From Geosiphon pyriformis uo1 (lineage: Eukaryota > Fungi > Glomeromycota), in NCBI GenBank assembly GCA_016748015.1, contig JAAOMT010000563.1, positions 540,625 to 574,782 of the forward strand: a DNA stretch of 34,158 bases. Direction: 5' to 3'. This document shows, in pieces, positions 23,500-34,158 of the stretch (position 1 is the first letter of the stretch; each line of letters begins with the position of its first letter). The notes beneath the pieces were generated by a model that was given only the letters and a program-made list of their open reading frames with translations, did no database searches and was not told where the DNA came from. A program made the position numbers and the translations under genes.

Positions 23500-23935
23500 T
23501 TTTATTAATAGCCATAATTAAGAGCTATTAATTAAATGTGATTAAGTATTAAATTTTATTAACATAGAATGTTAATAGTATAAAAGTAATTAATATTCTT
23601 AATTAAATAATAATAATATAAATTGGATAATAATTAGATATTTTATTAATATTAATATAATTCTGTTTCAAGTCATAAAAAACTATTTTTTAAAGAAAGA
23701 AGTATAGAATAAATAGTTATTGCTAGCTATTGTTTTATTTCTGTTGAATACTTTTTCTGCTTCTAATATTCTCACTATATATATATAATTTATATTATAC
23801 AAAATTTTTTGAAATTCTACAATTCCTTAAAAAAAATTCTGAAATTCTGAAATTCTGCAATTTTTTAAGAAAAATTCTGGAATTTCTTCTTTTACTATGT
23901 TTATTTTTAATTAGTTATTTTACTTATTATTATAA
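23129..23935 (-). repeat. 3' LTR of element D (PPT-proximal tip appears deleted)
   Basis: Aligns with 27360-27620 and with the element B LTRs. A-rich tract at ~23445-23500 and TATATATA at ~23776-23786. Confidence 0.85.
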
Positions 23936-23979
23936 TTTTTTTTTTAATATTAAGCTCTGTCGAAATCTTTTAAATTTCC

Positions 23980-24155
23980 TAAATTTATACTAATACATAA
24001 GTGAAATTTCAATCTAATAGTAGTTTTTTCAGAATATTTGAGATTAAACTCTGCATTAGTATTATATGTGTATTTTGACATAATATTCTTATTATTATTG
24101 CTGAACTATTTGAGTTTTTGCTCTTTTGAGAGATTTAGGAGTACAATATATTGTT
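23980..24155 (-). pseudogene. dUTPase N-terminal remnant in element D
   Basis: QYIVLLNLSKEQKLK*FSNNNKNIMSKYTYNTNAEFNLKYSEKTTIRLKFHLCISINL. NAEFNLKY converts to DAGFDLRY by A>G reversions only. Confidence 0.75.
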
Positions 24156-24699
24156 TGAAATTTTTGTCAAAGTTTAAATGATTATTGTTGTTGTTTTTAT
24201 TGTAAACAATATTAAAAGTATTGTTGTTATCATTGTTAGAGTCTAAATTATAATTGATTTTTAATTCTAATTCTGATGCATATTTACTAATTGGTTTTTT
24301 TTAAGATTTGAATAGATTATATATGATAATAAATTATAAATGAGATTACAATCATTACAATATTCAAAGTTACTAAAAATTAAGCAATATTTATAGAGTC
24401 TAGCATTTAATTGTTCTAAATGCTGTTTTTGTTTTTTTTAAATAAGTGCTAGATCTTAGTAGTAAGATAATTTTTTCTTTAATTCTAACAAATATAAAAT
24501 GTGTTAACCATTATTTTTTTTTTGTAAAGATAATACTTTGTGATTTGTTTACTTTTTTTCTTTTTTTTTTGTCATTTTAGAATAAAATTAATGGTAGCTT
24601 ATTATAGTCATTGTCAATCTATAAAACTTAATAAACTTTCCAAATAGGATTTTCTTTTTTTTACTCAAATAGTAATAATTAAGTAATAATGTTTGTTTT

Positions 24700-25090
24700 A
24701 AAGTAACTGTAAGTAACTGATATCCAAATATGCTGATTATTTTGATTAAGTTGTAGCTTTTAAGTATTCCAATTAAGCATAACACTAGTTTTAAACAGCC
24801 AGTTATTACTAATAAAAGCTTAATATTGTGTGACTTCCATAACTAAAACTTTGATTGACATAATAATGCTATTGACTTTAAAAGAAAAGTTGTTAATTTT
24901 GCCAATAAAAATTTTGATTGCTTTATTAACTATAATAATTTTGGCACTGACAGTATAATCAACTTGGTAATTTAATTGGTTTATGAATTATCATATGATA
25001 ATACTGTCTGTTAACTCACTATTAAAGATTAGTCTAATAAAATAATTATTAACTTTAATATTAGTATAGATAATAGTAATTAGTTTGGAA
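24700..25090 (-). pseudogene. Retropepsin-type aspartic protease remnant
   Basis: IRLIFNSELTDSII (from LILDSGSAGSII) followed by ...IKVLVMEVTQY*AFISNNWL (ALVGNDWL-type motif). Confidence 0.8.
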
Positions 25091-25649
25091 TCGAAAATAG
25101 CTCTACTAAATAACAGTGTTTCTGATTGGTTTTTTAATTTGAATAGAAAAATAATAATTAGTAATTTGTTTTTTATAATAGTTATTAGTAAAATATTGTT
25201 GATAAGTGGTTGGTAGTAAGTTTTTAAGTTGTTGAATAGATTGTTTTTGAAGTAACTAAAAGGCTTAAATAGTTCTAAGAATTCAGGTTTTGAATGTACC
25301 CATTTTTTAAACTTCATTGGCATGATTCTAATAACTGGTTTGAGAAACTAAAGATTAGTTAATGCATAACCATTGTCAATTTTCAGTTCTGTTGTATGTG
25401 TAATTTTCAGTCTTTGGTTTTTGGTTGTCATTTGAGTTAGGTTTTGTGATAGTATTTAAATTGGTTGGATTTAATAAATGATTTGTGGTAGTGGCTAATA
25501 TATTATTGGTGCTAGAATTTGATATACTAGAGATAAATATATTGGTTATTGTATTATTTAAAAATAATATAACTAATATAAATATAATTCTAATAACAAA
25601 TTGTTGGCATAATTCTGAATTTGAAATTTGTAATTGGAGTTTTAATATT

Positions 25650-27300
25650 GATTTCCTAATTATTGGTTATTAAATTTAGAGTAACAATCTGCTTTTAAAT
25701 GGCTTTGTTTATTATAATAGTAATAATTATGTATTTTTTGTTGTCATAGTTGATTTAATGATAATAATAATAGATGTAATAGATTTTAAAAGCAATTAAA
25801 GTTTTTTTGATTGTTGTGATATTGAAAAGACTGATAGATTGCTTGATTATTAGCTAAGTATTTCTCGATTTTCTGGTTAATAAAATCACTAAATTGTTTT
25901 AGCTTAAAATTTAATTCAAATAATCTGTTTATTACTAAGTTAATAGCTTAAACATAATTGGCTTCAAGTTTAGCTGATTTAAAATCTCTAATATGTATTA
26001 CTGTATTTTGAAAAGTATTTAGATGCATTAAGTGTTTTTATTATAATAAATTACTGTATAATCTATAAATAAATTAATTTAAGATCTGTAGTACTATAAA
26101 ATAGTCAATGTTAATTGCTTGAATTTAGTATAGATTTTTGTAAAAGCATTTCAAGTAAGTAGTAACTACTTTAAAATCATCTTATATAATTTTAATAAAA
26201 CTAATTAACAAATGATTAATGCTATTATTATTGCTAAAATATTATAGAAATGCAGTTTTAAACACATCAAAATCTTGAACTTTGTTTACAAAATTTTAAT
26301 ACTACAAATTGACAGTATTTTGAAAGAAATAAAGAATAGTTTGAAAGACTTTAGTATTATCCTATCTGTTAACTGTAATGGTTTTTTTATATTGTTTTTT
26401 TTGTTGGTAAATTTTTTTAGTTTGGTGATAGATATATATATTATTAATGTAAATTGATATTTTTGTGGACAATTGGTACAACTGATAAATTGATTATGAT
26501 AACTAGAAGTAAGTTTTGTTGAAGAATAAAAATAAGATTTGGATTGTTTAGATTTGGCTGGATTTGAACAATCAAAGTTATAATTTTTGGATTAATTAAA
26601 ATTAGATTTTAATTATTATTTCTCTAATTGTTGTCTTTTTTTTCTTCTGATTCAGTATTTTCTCAATAACTAGTAGATCCGAAATTTGGTTAAAATAACA
26701 GTAATTAAAGTTTTGATAGTGTTGTTGATTACAATTTAAATTCTTTAAAGAAATTGTTATAGGTTCTTAATAATTTGGCTTTTTCTTGATTATTTTGAAA
26801 CAGTATTCTAAATAATAATGTTTTTGTAATTAATAGTGATATAGATCCTAATAATATGTAAATAGTACTTCTTAGTATATAATAAAATAACAGATAAATG
26901 GGTAAAATAACTCTTGGTTTCTTTCAAGTAAATGGTTGTATTTTTTTTGATGTTTTTGCTGAAGTTTGTAATTTTTTTTTGTCTGTGAAAATAATAGAAA
27001 ATTTTTGTTAAGTGTAATTCTTAATTTTTCTGTTTATTTCTTTAATTAGTGATGCAAACAAATAATTTGATAGAAGTATGGTGTTTTATAATACTTCATT
27101 GTAGAAAATTTTAAGGACAGCTTCTGGATTTTCTTAGTTTTTTAAGTAGAATTTAATTTTTTTGTTGACATAGAAGTTAAAAACTGATTCTGTTAGCCAA
27201 TAGTTATTTGTTAATCCAAAATAAATTTAGTAATATTGAAATAAAAATTTCGTGAATTCTAAATAATTTTCTCTTATGATTTTTTAGTTTGCTATTTTTC
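25650..27300 (-). pseudogene. gag: gag remnant of element D
   Basis: QDFDVFKTAFL*YF (~26278-26236) and VVTTYLKCFYKNL..ILN*FI (retrotransposon gag-domain pattern). Zinc-knuckle remnant YYYYNKQSHLKADC at ~25725-25684. Confidence 0.75.
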
Positions 27301-27359
27301 TGAATAGTTAATGTTAGTGCTGGTTTTTTGTTGAATTATACCTTGAAAAAAGCATTAAA

Positions 27360-27695
27360 TGTTACAGATAATTAATTGGAATATTAAAACAAATAATAAA
27401 TCTATAATTTAATGCTCAATAACTAGAAATGTTGGTAATTTTTAAAGATTTTGGAATTTAAAAGTTTTGGTTAAATTCTTTATATAATAGATAGAGATTC
27501 AATTGATAGTTTCTTTTATAAATTTTTTTTAACATAGTAACCAGTTTATTTTGACAATTATGTCTTTTTAGTAAGTTATTTTTAAATTTCTATTTTTGTT
27601 CTTAAGTTTTTTACTAGGCTATTTTTTTTTTATTATGTCTATTTCTGATTGGCTATTTTACTTATTATTATAATTCTTAATTCCTATAAGTAACA
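27360..27695 (-). repeat. 5' LTR of element D with a large internal deletion (~336 bp remain)
   Basis: 27360-27620 matches 23129-23390, then jumps to sequence matching ~23890-23935. Ends TAAGTAACA. Confidence 0.85.
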
Positions 27696-30036
27696 ATGCT
27701 TAATAATAGTATTTTTAATACATAAATTTTTAATAATTTTGAATTTATATATCTTATTATATTTATAAATTTTTTTAAACTAAATTAATAATTGTTTGAC
27801 TTTATAAATACTATATTTAATATTTAATTATTTTAGAAAATTTGTGACTATATTTGAATTAAGCTTAATTTATTTATCTATTAAAATCTTAAATTTTTCC
27901 AAATTATTCAACTTAAATGTTTTTAAAATCTTAAAAACAAGTAATTTTAACTTATAAAATATAAAAAATATAATATTTTTAATCAAATTTTTATTATAAA
28001 ATTATGTTTTTAACAATATAATATCTATTGTATTACACAAAATTTTGTTAAAAATTATTTATATATTATTGAAATCTAAAAAATTTTTACTAGTTTTAAA
28101 ATTATTTTTATATATAAAATAATATTTAATAACAAACTGCTAAACTTTTTTATGCTTTTTTATTAATATTAATGATTTTATATTTTTATTTATTTCTATT
28201 AATTTATTTATACCCAAAATTAATTTAAAAATCCAAAAGATTTTTTAATCTAATGTTTACTAATAGTGCTAAATAATCTGTAATAAAGAATTTATTTGAT
28301 TTGTAAATTTATTAATTAAGAATCAAGCTTTAAAATTTATTATTAACCAAAATAAAGCTTATATATTTTTCAATATCTTTAAAATTAAATTATATTAATA
28401 GTTTATGTAAACCAAAATTATTAAACAAATTAAACAGATTCAGATTTAAGAATTTTTTAAAACTAATATTGTAATCAAAAAAAATTTTCATTAAAATTTT
28501 TTTTTAAAACCATAAAAATATTTGTGTTTAATATATTAATTACAATAAAATTTACATTATAAATCTAATATAATACCAATATACAAACCCAAAACTATAA
28601 TAAATTGTCTATTTTTAAACAGTAATAGAATTAATAAAAGCTTATTAAAAATCTTAAAAATTTTTAAAACATGTTTAGTTAAACAATTATTTATTACTAT
28701 TGCCATTCTAATATTTAAAAATTCAGAATTCAAACCAAATATAAACCCTTTTATATTATTAAATTTAATAGCAATTTAAGATTTAATGCTAAAATAAAAC
28801 TTAGTTTTTGTAATAATTAAAAAATCGTATTTTAATTTTTAATAATACTTAATAATAATATTTTGTTTAACAAAATATTTATGTTTTTAATATTATATAC
28901 AATTATTTTTTAAATTAAATTATTATTTAAACAGATTAAATTTAAAATTGTTTTTACTAACTTATTCAAAACCAATATATTGGTTTTAAGACTACCAATT
29001 TTAAATATTAATATTTTTAAATTATTTGCAAACAGCTTTTAAAACTTGTATACAATAGACATAACTTGATAAATTGGTAATATTTTATTTACTATTATAT
29101 TTAAATTAAACTATTTCCTAATAGAAATAGACCAAAAATATTTTTTGTAGATATATTTTCTTAGTTTCAAATAAATTAAAAAAAAAAAATCAATTTATGC
29201 AAAATTACGAATATTTAATTAGCAGAAATATTTTTAGAATATTTAAATAATAATTTAAAGCCAAAACCATAAAATTATAAACCAAAATGTTAAATAATTC
29301 TTTTATTATTAAAAGAATTTTGATAAAAAGTAGAATTTGCACCAATAATTACTAAAACTTCTGTTTTGTTATCAAAAAAAATTAAATAAGAAACAGAAAC
29401 ATGTTTTTTTGTATATATATATATATAAAATATTATTTGTTTAAATTAAAAAGATATTTTTATTATAATTAAACAATTTTTTACTAATTAAATAATTTTT
29501 TAAAACATAACTAAATTGTTTATTATTAGTATACAAAAACAATATTAAACTAATTTAAAATAAGTTCACATCTTTATAAACTAGAATTAAATGAATAGTA
29601 ATATCTTTAAATATAATTAAATCAAAATACATTATAATATAGCAGACTTTAATATATATAACCAAATTACATATTATAACACAAATTTTTTACCATATAA
29701 TATTAGTAAATTTAAAAAATTATAAACCATAATATTAATAAAAAACATATATAGAAGTATATAATATTAGTTTTTTAAATTTCATGTTTGTTTGTTTATA
29801 TTAATTTTAATAATATATGCAAAATGTTTTTTATAAATATTAACTATTTGAAAATAATTGAATTAGTAATATTAATATTTTTAAATTCAATTAATATTTT
29901 TTGTTATAAATTAATAAGTTATATTTTGATTGTTTTTATCTTATTAAAATTAGTATTGACTAATTTTAATATTAATTTAAAAAATTAACTAGAATTTTTT
30001 TGATTATTAATTCTATATCTAATTTAATATTAATCT

Positions 30037-30247
30037 ATTTTTTTTTTTTTATGCAATTTACGAGTGAAGTCCAACTGCTATCTAGTACAAAGAACCAAAT
30101 TAAGTAGAATACACTAAATGCAGCTTATGCATTTACTATATGTGGCCAGCCACTTGGGTCAGACAAAACAACACTACACATCTATACTAATAAAAGCATT
30201 ACCACTCAAACCAGAAAAAAAAGAACACAATCTGCGTTTATCAAAAC
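30037..30247 (-). mobile_element. Short 5'-truncated LINE 3' end with poly-A tail
   Basis: Minus strand SFDKRRLCSFFSGLSGNAFISIDV* (cf. SFGLHKSCLFFSGISNSVLVYINA* at 19418), ~120-nt UTR, then poly-A (T-run ending 30050). GC-richer island. Confidence 0.85.
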
Positions 30248-30434
30248 TGTTTATTTTAAATAAGTGTTTACTAAAATTTTTTTATTAATAAATAATTTTT
30301 TAGCTTAATTAAATCTTTCTAATAATAAAAATCAATAAAAAGAAATTTATAAATTTATTATAATTTATAGCATTAATAACAAAAAAATGTAGTATTTATA
30401 ATATATTATATATTATAATTTTAATTTTATGTAA

Positions 30435-31189
30435 TATTATAAATAGATTTTTTAACTAATTATTAATAAATAATTCTATAACTTGGTACTTAATTAGATA
30501 ACTATTGTACTTTTAAGATTTTGAGTTAGAATTTTTTGTATAATAAACAAAAATTTAATGTAAATATAATTAATAATTAATATTAGTTTTTTTTAATTTG
30601 GTAACTAATTTATTCTGGTTTTTGTATTCTTTTAATAAGCAATTCTAGTTTTTATAACTATATCCAATATTAATACTTTTTTTTAATTAATTAGTAAATA
30701 AAAAAACAATAAAAAGAAAAAAATAATTAAAATAAAAATTAGTATCTTATTAATAGTTATAATCAAAAACTATTGTTTTTATAGTATTAAGTTAATAAAT
30801 TGGATATTAATAGTATCAAATATAAAAAGTATTTTGATTTTAACATAATAAATCGAAGTTTATAAATAAGTTTTTTAAATTAGTTATAATTTGATTAAAG
30901 TGATAATAAAGATTAAACTGATTTTAAAGTAAGTTTGTTTAATTTTAAAATGTCTATTTTTTTGGTTTTTAATTTTTTTGTTATATATATATAAATTTTT
31001 ATAATATAAGATTTTTTAAATTTTAACAATTTTTTTAAATTATTACTAAAATTTTTGGCATTACTGAAATTTTTAATGTTTTTGTTAATATTTTTAGAAT
31101 TTTTAATATTATATGTTTTAATAATTGTTTATTTTGTTATTGATTATTTTATATTATATTTTTTTTTCTGGTTTTTTATATAAGTAATA
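30435..31189 (-). repeat. Degenerate 3' LTR of element E, related to the B/D LTRs
   Basis: Shares ataacttggt..ttaatt, tttgtataataaaca, the A-rich tract and TATATATA. Ends TAAGTAATA, followed by a T-tract (PPT) and the pre-PPT motif. Confidence 0.7.
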
Positions 31190-31799
31190 ATATTTTTTTT
31201 TAATATTGAGCTTTAGCAAAATCTTTTAAGTTTTTTTAGATAAGTTCAAGTACTTTTTTTTCATTATAATTTTGAAAAATTTAGTCTTTAGTTTTTGAAT
31301 TGTGAGCTAATCATTTTTTTTAACTAAGTTTTTATAGTTAAATGTAATAGTATTTTATTATATTTATAAAAAATTATATATAATTAATAAATAGTCTTTA
31401 AGTAAATTATTAAGTTATTTTTTTTAAGTTTTTTAGTTAAATAAATATTATTAGATTTTTAAAAGTTTTTTTACTTTTTCAACAATTTTTTTACATAATT
31501 ATTTATTTATTTGTTTTATTTATTATATAAAATTTTTCTGATTTTTTTTAAGTGTTTTTATAATAAATATTTTGACTATTGATTATTATTTTATGTTTAA
31601 GTTTTTGGTTTTTAATAATTAAAACAGTTGTTAAGTTATTAAGTAGATGTTATTTGTAATTTTTATTTTATTATTTTGTTTTATTATATTCTAATTGTAT
31701 TTATATAATAAATATTTAGTTTTATAATATATTAATCTTAATAATAATAATTGGTCTAAATCTTATAAAATATTATTTGAATTTAACTAGTATTTTTTG

Positions 31800-33240
31800 T
31801 ATTTCTAATTATAATTTACTAAGTATTATTAATAGTTTGTTATAATATAGCTTTAATCAATTACTATATACTTTAATTAAGATTTTTTTTTCTTCTCATT
31901 TTTTATTTTTAAGTATTTTTTTAATATAGAATAGTTTATCTTATTTTGGATTAAATTTTTTACTTTATTGTTTTTCTATTTTTGTATAATATAATAATAC
32001 TTTGTTTTTAATTATAAATTTAAATGATTTGTTTAATAACTGATTATTATGTCTTTTTTTTATAATTTTTTAATATAAATAACTATTTTTGTTTTTCTTT
32101 TTTAAAGTTTCTATTAAGTTATATATTTATTTCAACAATATTTCTTAAAATATATTTTTCTTTTTCTTTTTATTAATAATATTGTTGTTTTATTATATAC
32201 TAATTCAAATAGTATTATTTAAATAATATCTTGTTTTATTTAATAAGTCAATAAAATTAATAATAAGAATAAATTTTATTTTTTTAATTAATTTTAACTA
32301 ATATTTTATATAATATTTTATTGAATTTTTCAATTAAATTATTTGTTTATAAATAATATAATAATAATAATGATTTTTTTACTTCAAATTTTTGGCTTAA
32401 TTTTGTTAATATTCTGTTTATAAAGTGAGTTTTTTGATTTAATAATAGTTTTTTAAATATCTATGTTAATATATTAAATTTTAATAAATAAATTTAATTA
32501 TTAATTTTGTATTAGCTTTTTGAATAGCTTTAACTTCTGGCCATTTAGTAAAATAGTTTATGATAACAGTAATATATTTATTGTCTTTATTATTATTATT
32601 ATAATTCAATTAAGTCAATTCTAATTTGATTAAATAATTATTTAATTTTAATTAATTTTAATAGTTTATTTGGTTTTATTCTTTTTTTTTTGGATATATT
32701 GCAGTTTTTTATATATTATTTTATATCTGAATATATTATTGGTTAATAATATATTTTTTTGGTTTTTTTTAATATTGTTTTCTAATTAAAATGTTTTATT
32801 GTTGAATCAAATACATGTTAAATAAAACAATTTTTTTTTGCTCTCTTATTACTTTTAATAAACTGTTTATATTTTATTAATTTCTTTGATAAAGTATATT
32901 TTAGTAGTTAATATAATGTTTAATTTGTTAATATATTTTATTTTGTTTATTTTAAGATAGTTTTTTTTAAAATATTTAGTAATTATATAATATAATAATT
33001 ATTAATAGTTTTTATTATTTATTTTGTTGTTTTATTATTGTTTTATTCTTATAATAAGTTATTAGTATTAGTTTTTTATTTTTTATAACATTTATATTTA
33101 AAAAATAAAAAAACTGTTTTCTATTTAGCAGTTCTATTATTAATTAATTTTTTTGCTAATAATATTAGTTTTTTATGTTTAATATAAATATTTAACTTTT
33201 AATCTGTAACAATTATAAATTTTTTACTATAATTTAAATA
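31800..33240 (-). pseudogene. pol: Ty3/gypsy element E: degenerate RNase H end + integrase
   Basis: KKFIIVTD (~33225-33203), DNKYITVIINYFTKWPEVKAIQKAN (~32585-32512), LLLNQKTHFINRILTKLSQKF, KFNPK*DKLFYI (GPY/F motif remnant, ~31960-31925). Confidence 0.85.
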
Positions 33241-33242
33241 TA

Positions 33243-34158
33243 TTAGCTAAATTAGTATCAATAAAAATGAGAAAAGAATTAGAAATAATTGTTAAAGGAA
33301 TTAATAAATTCAAATTAATTAGAAAAGTTGTTATATTTATTAACATAATAAAAAAAACTACTAAAAAAAGAAAAATTATTTCCACTAGTTATGCTGTTTC
33401 TATTCTATTATATTGTAAATACTTGTTAGAAATACCACAAAAAATCAAGAATCAGTCACAAATTTTTAAAGCAGAACCAGAAGTATGTTAAAAAAACTAT
33501 AATTATTACCAATTTATATTTGTTAACTAAAAACCACAAAAATATTAGGATTCTAATTATTAATAACACAAAAAATTATGTAGAAATTCCAGCCAATACA
33601 ATAATTAGATATTTAAATTCAAAGATAAAAAACCAATTATGTAAATATATAGACTTTACATCATAAATTTGAACCCATAAAAATAAATGCTATTTGTTTT
33701 AACCAAAACAATTAAAACAGATAAACTTGAAAAATTTAGATTAACTACAAAAGATGCAGCTTTAAGTACTATTCAAACAATATACTAATATTTTTAAAAT
33801 TAAAAATAAGTTTGAAAAAATTGACATAATTCAACACAAAATCAAAATAGAAAATAAATACAATACTAGCAATTAGTCATAATATTATCAAAAAAAAGAT
33901 AAATTAAATAGTAAATAGCAGATTAATTTAATTGTTTATGAATTCATAATTATTATTAGTAGTAATAATTCAAAAAAAAATAGCAAAATCTAATTTTGTA
34001 TAAATTATTATAAGTTCAATAATACTACTTATAGTAATAATTATTTAACATTATAAATTAAAAAATTTTTAACTTATTTAATAAAAAAAATAGTTTTTTA
34101 TATTTAATTAAACAATAACTATTGGCAAGTAGTTATAAATTTAAATAACAAAAAAAAA
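33243..34158 (+). pseudogene. pol: Ty3/gypsy pol fragment: dUTPase C-terminus, linker, start of RT
   Basis: LAKLVSIKMRKELEIIVKGINKFKL (from L..TARG..GFGS, dUTPase motif 5). Then FEKIDIIQHKIK (~33811-33846) and KKNSKI*FCINYYKFN (~33973-34020; from KKDG..RFCIDYRKLN). Confidence 0.75.

Larger units (their letters stand above)
23129..27695 (-). mobile_element. Non-autonomous LTR retrotransposon D (gag-protease-partial dUTPase, no RT/RH/IN), 4-bp TSD ATGC
   Basis: TGTTACA at 23129 and TAACA ending at 27695, with ATGC at 23125-23128 and 27696-27699. LTRs 23129-~23935 and 27360-27695. Degenerate PBS at 27341-27357. Confidence 0.92.
18810..29700 (-). mobile_element. Old near-full-length LINE in three pieces (~18810-19287, 20212-23128, 27696-~29700), interrupted by two insertions
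   Basis: 3' UTR at ~18850-18940 resembles 19340-19415. C-terminal LYIILCKNFIF is restored across the 12-bp TSD. The RT region ~21900-22430 aligns to ~10500-10995. Endonuclease remnants at ~28250-28925 align to 12250-12930. ORF1 remnants lie beyond. Confidence 0.78.

Noticed and set aside
15587-28200. Large inverted repeat as DNA-transposon TIRs
   Set aside because: Explained by two independently decayed LINE copies in opposite orientation.
16269-29988. Short F/I/L/N/K-rich ORFs (16269, 24588, 25485, 26275, 29788)
   Set aside because: Expected by chance in very AT-rich decayed TE DNA, or off-frame pieces of TE genes.
30028-30257. TSD for the short poly-A LINE fragment (atctatttt / gtttatttt)
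   Set aside because: Two mismatches in a low-complexity context; cannot be supported.

Overview
Eukaryotic, extremely AT-rich and almost CpG-free region made nearly entirely of nested, decayed retrotransposons. No intact host gene, RNA gene or CRISPR array is visible. The protein motifs resemble elements I recall from Glomeromycotina fungi (inference, not a database result). Contents in order: a possible host-type pseudogene (~330-1440); Ty3/gypsy pol remnant C (~1500-2768); Ty3/gypsy element A (2769-7111: 3' LTR, extra ORF, IN, RH, RT); non-autonomous LTR element B (7112-9896); a relatively young LINE with ORF1 and APE-RT (9897-14931); a 655-N gap; an inverted old LINE with an RNase H remnant (15587-~17515); an old minus-strand LINE (~18810-29700) interrupted by a 5'-truncated LINE (12-bp TSD) and by non-autonomous LTR element D (23129-27695, ATGC TSD); a short poly-A LINE tail (~30037-30247); decayed Ty3/gypsy element E (~30435-33240); and a plus-strand dUTPase-RT fragment (33243-34158). 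Most interesting: a Ty3/gypsy lineage with a dUTPase between protease and RT; two RT-less derivatives sharing a 3' breakpoint; a 20-nt pre-PPT motif shared by different LTR families; a non-iMet PBS; an open extra ORF after integrase; and RIP-like C>T/G>A hypermutation that scales with element age. All translations and alignments were done by eye, and the boundaries of old elements are approximate.
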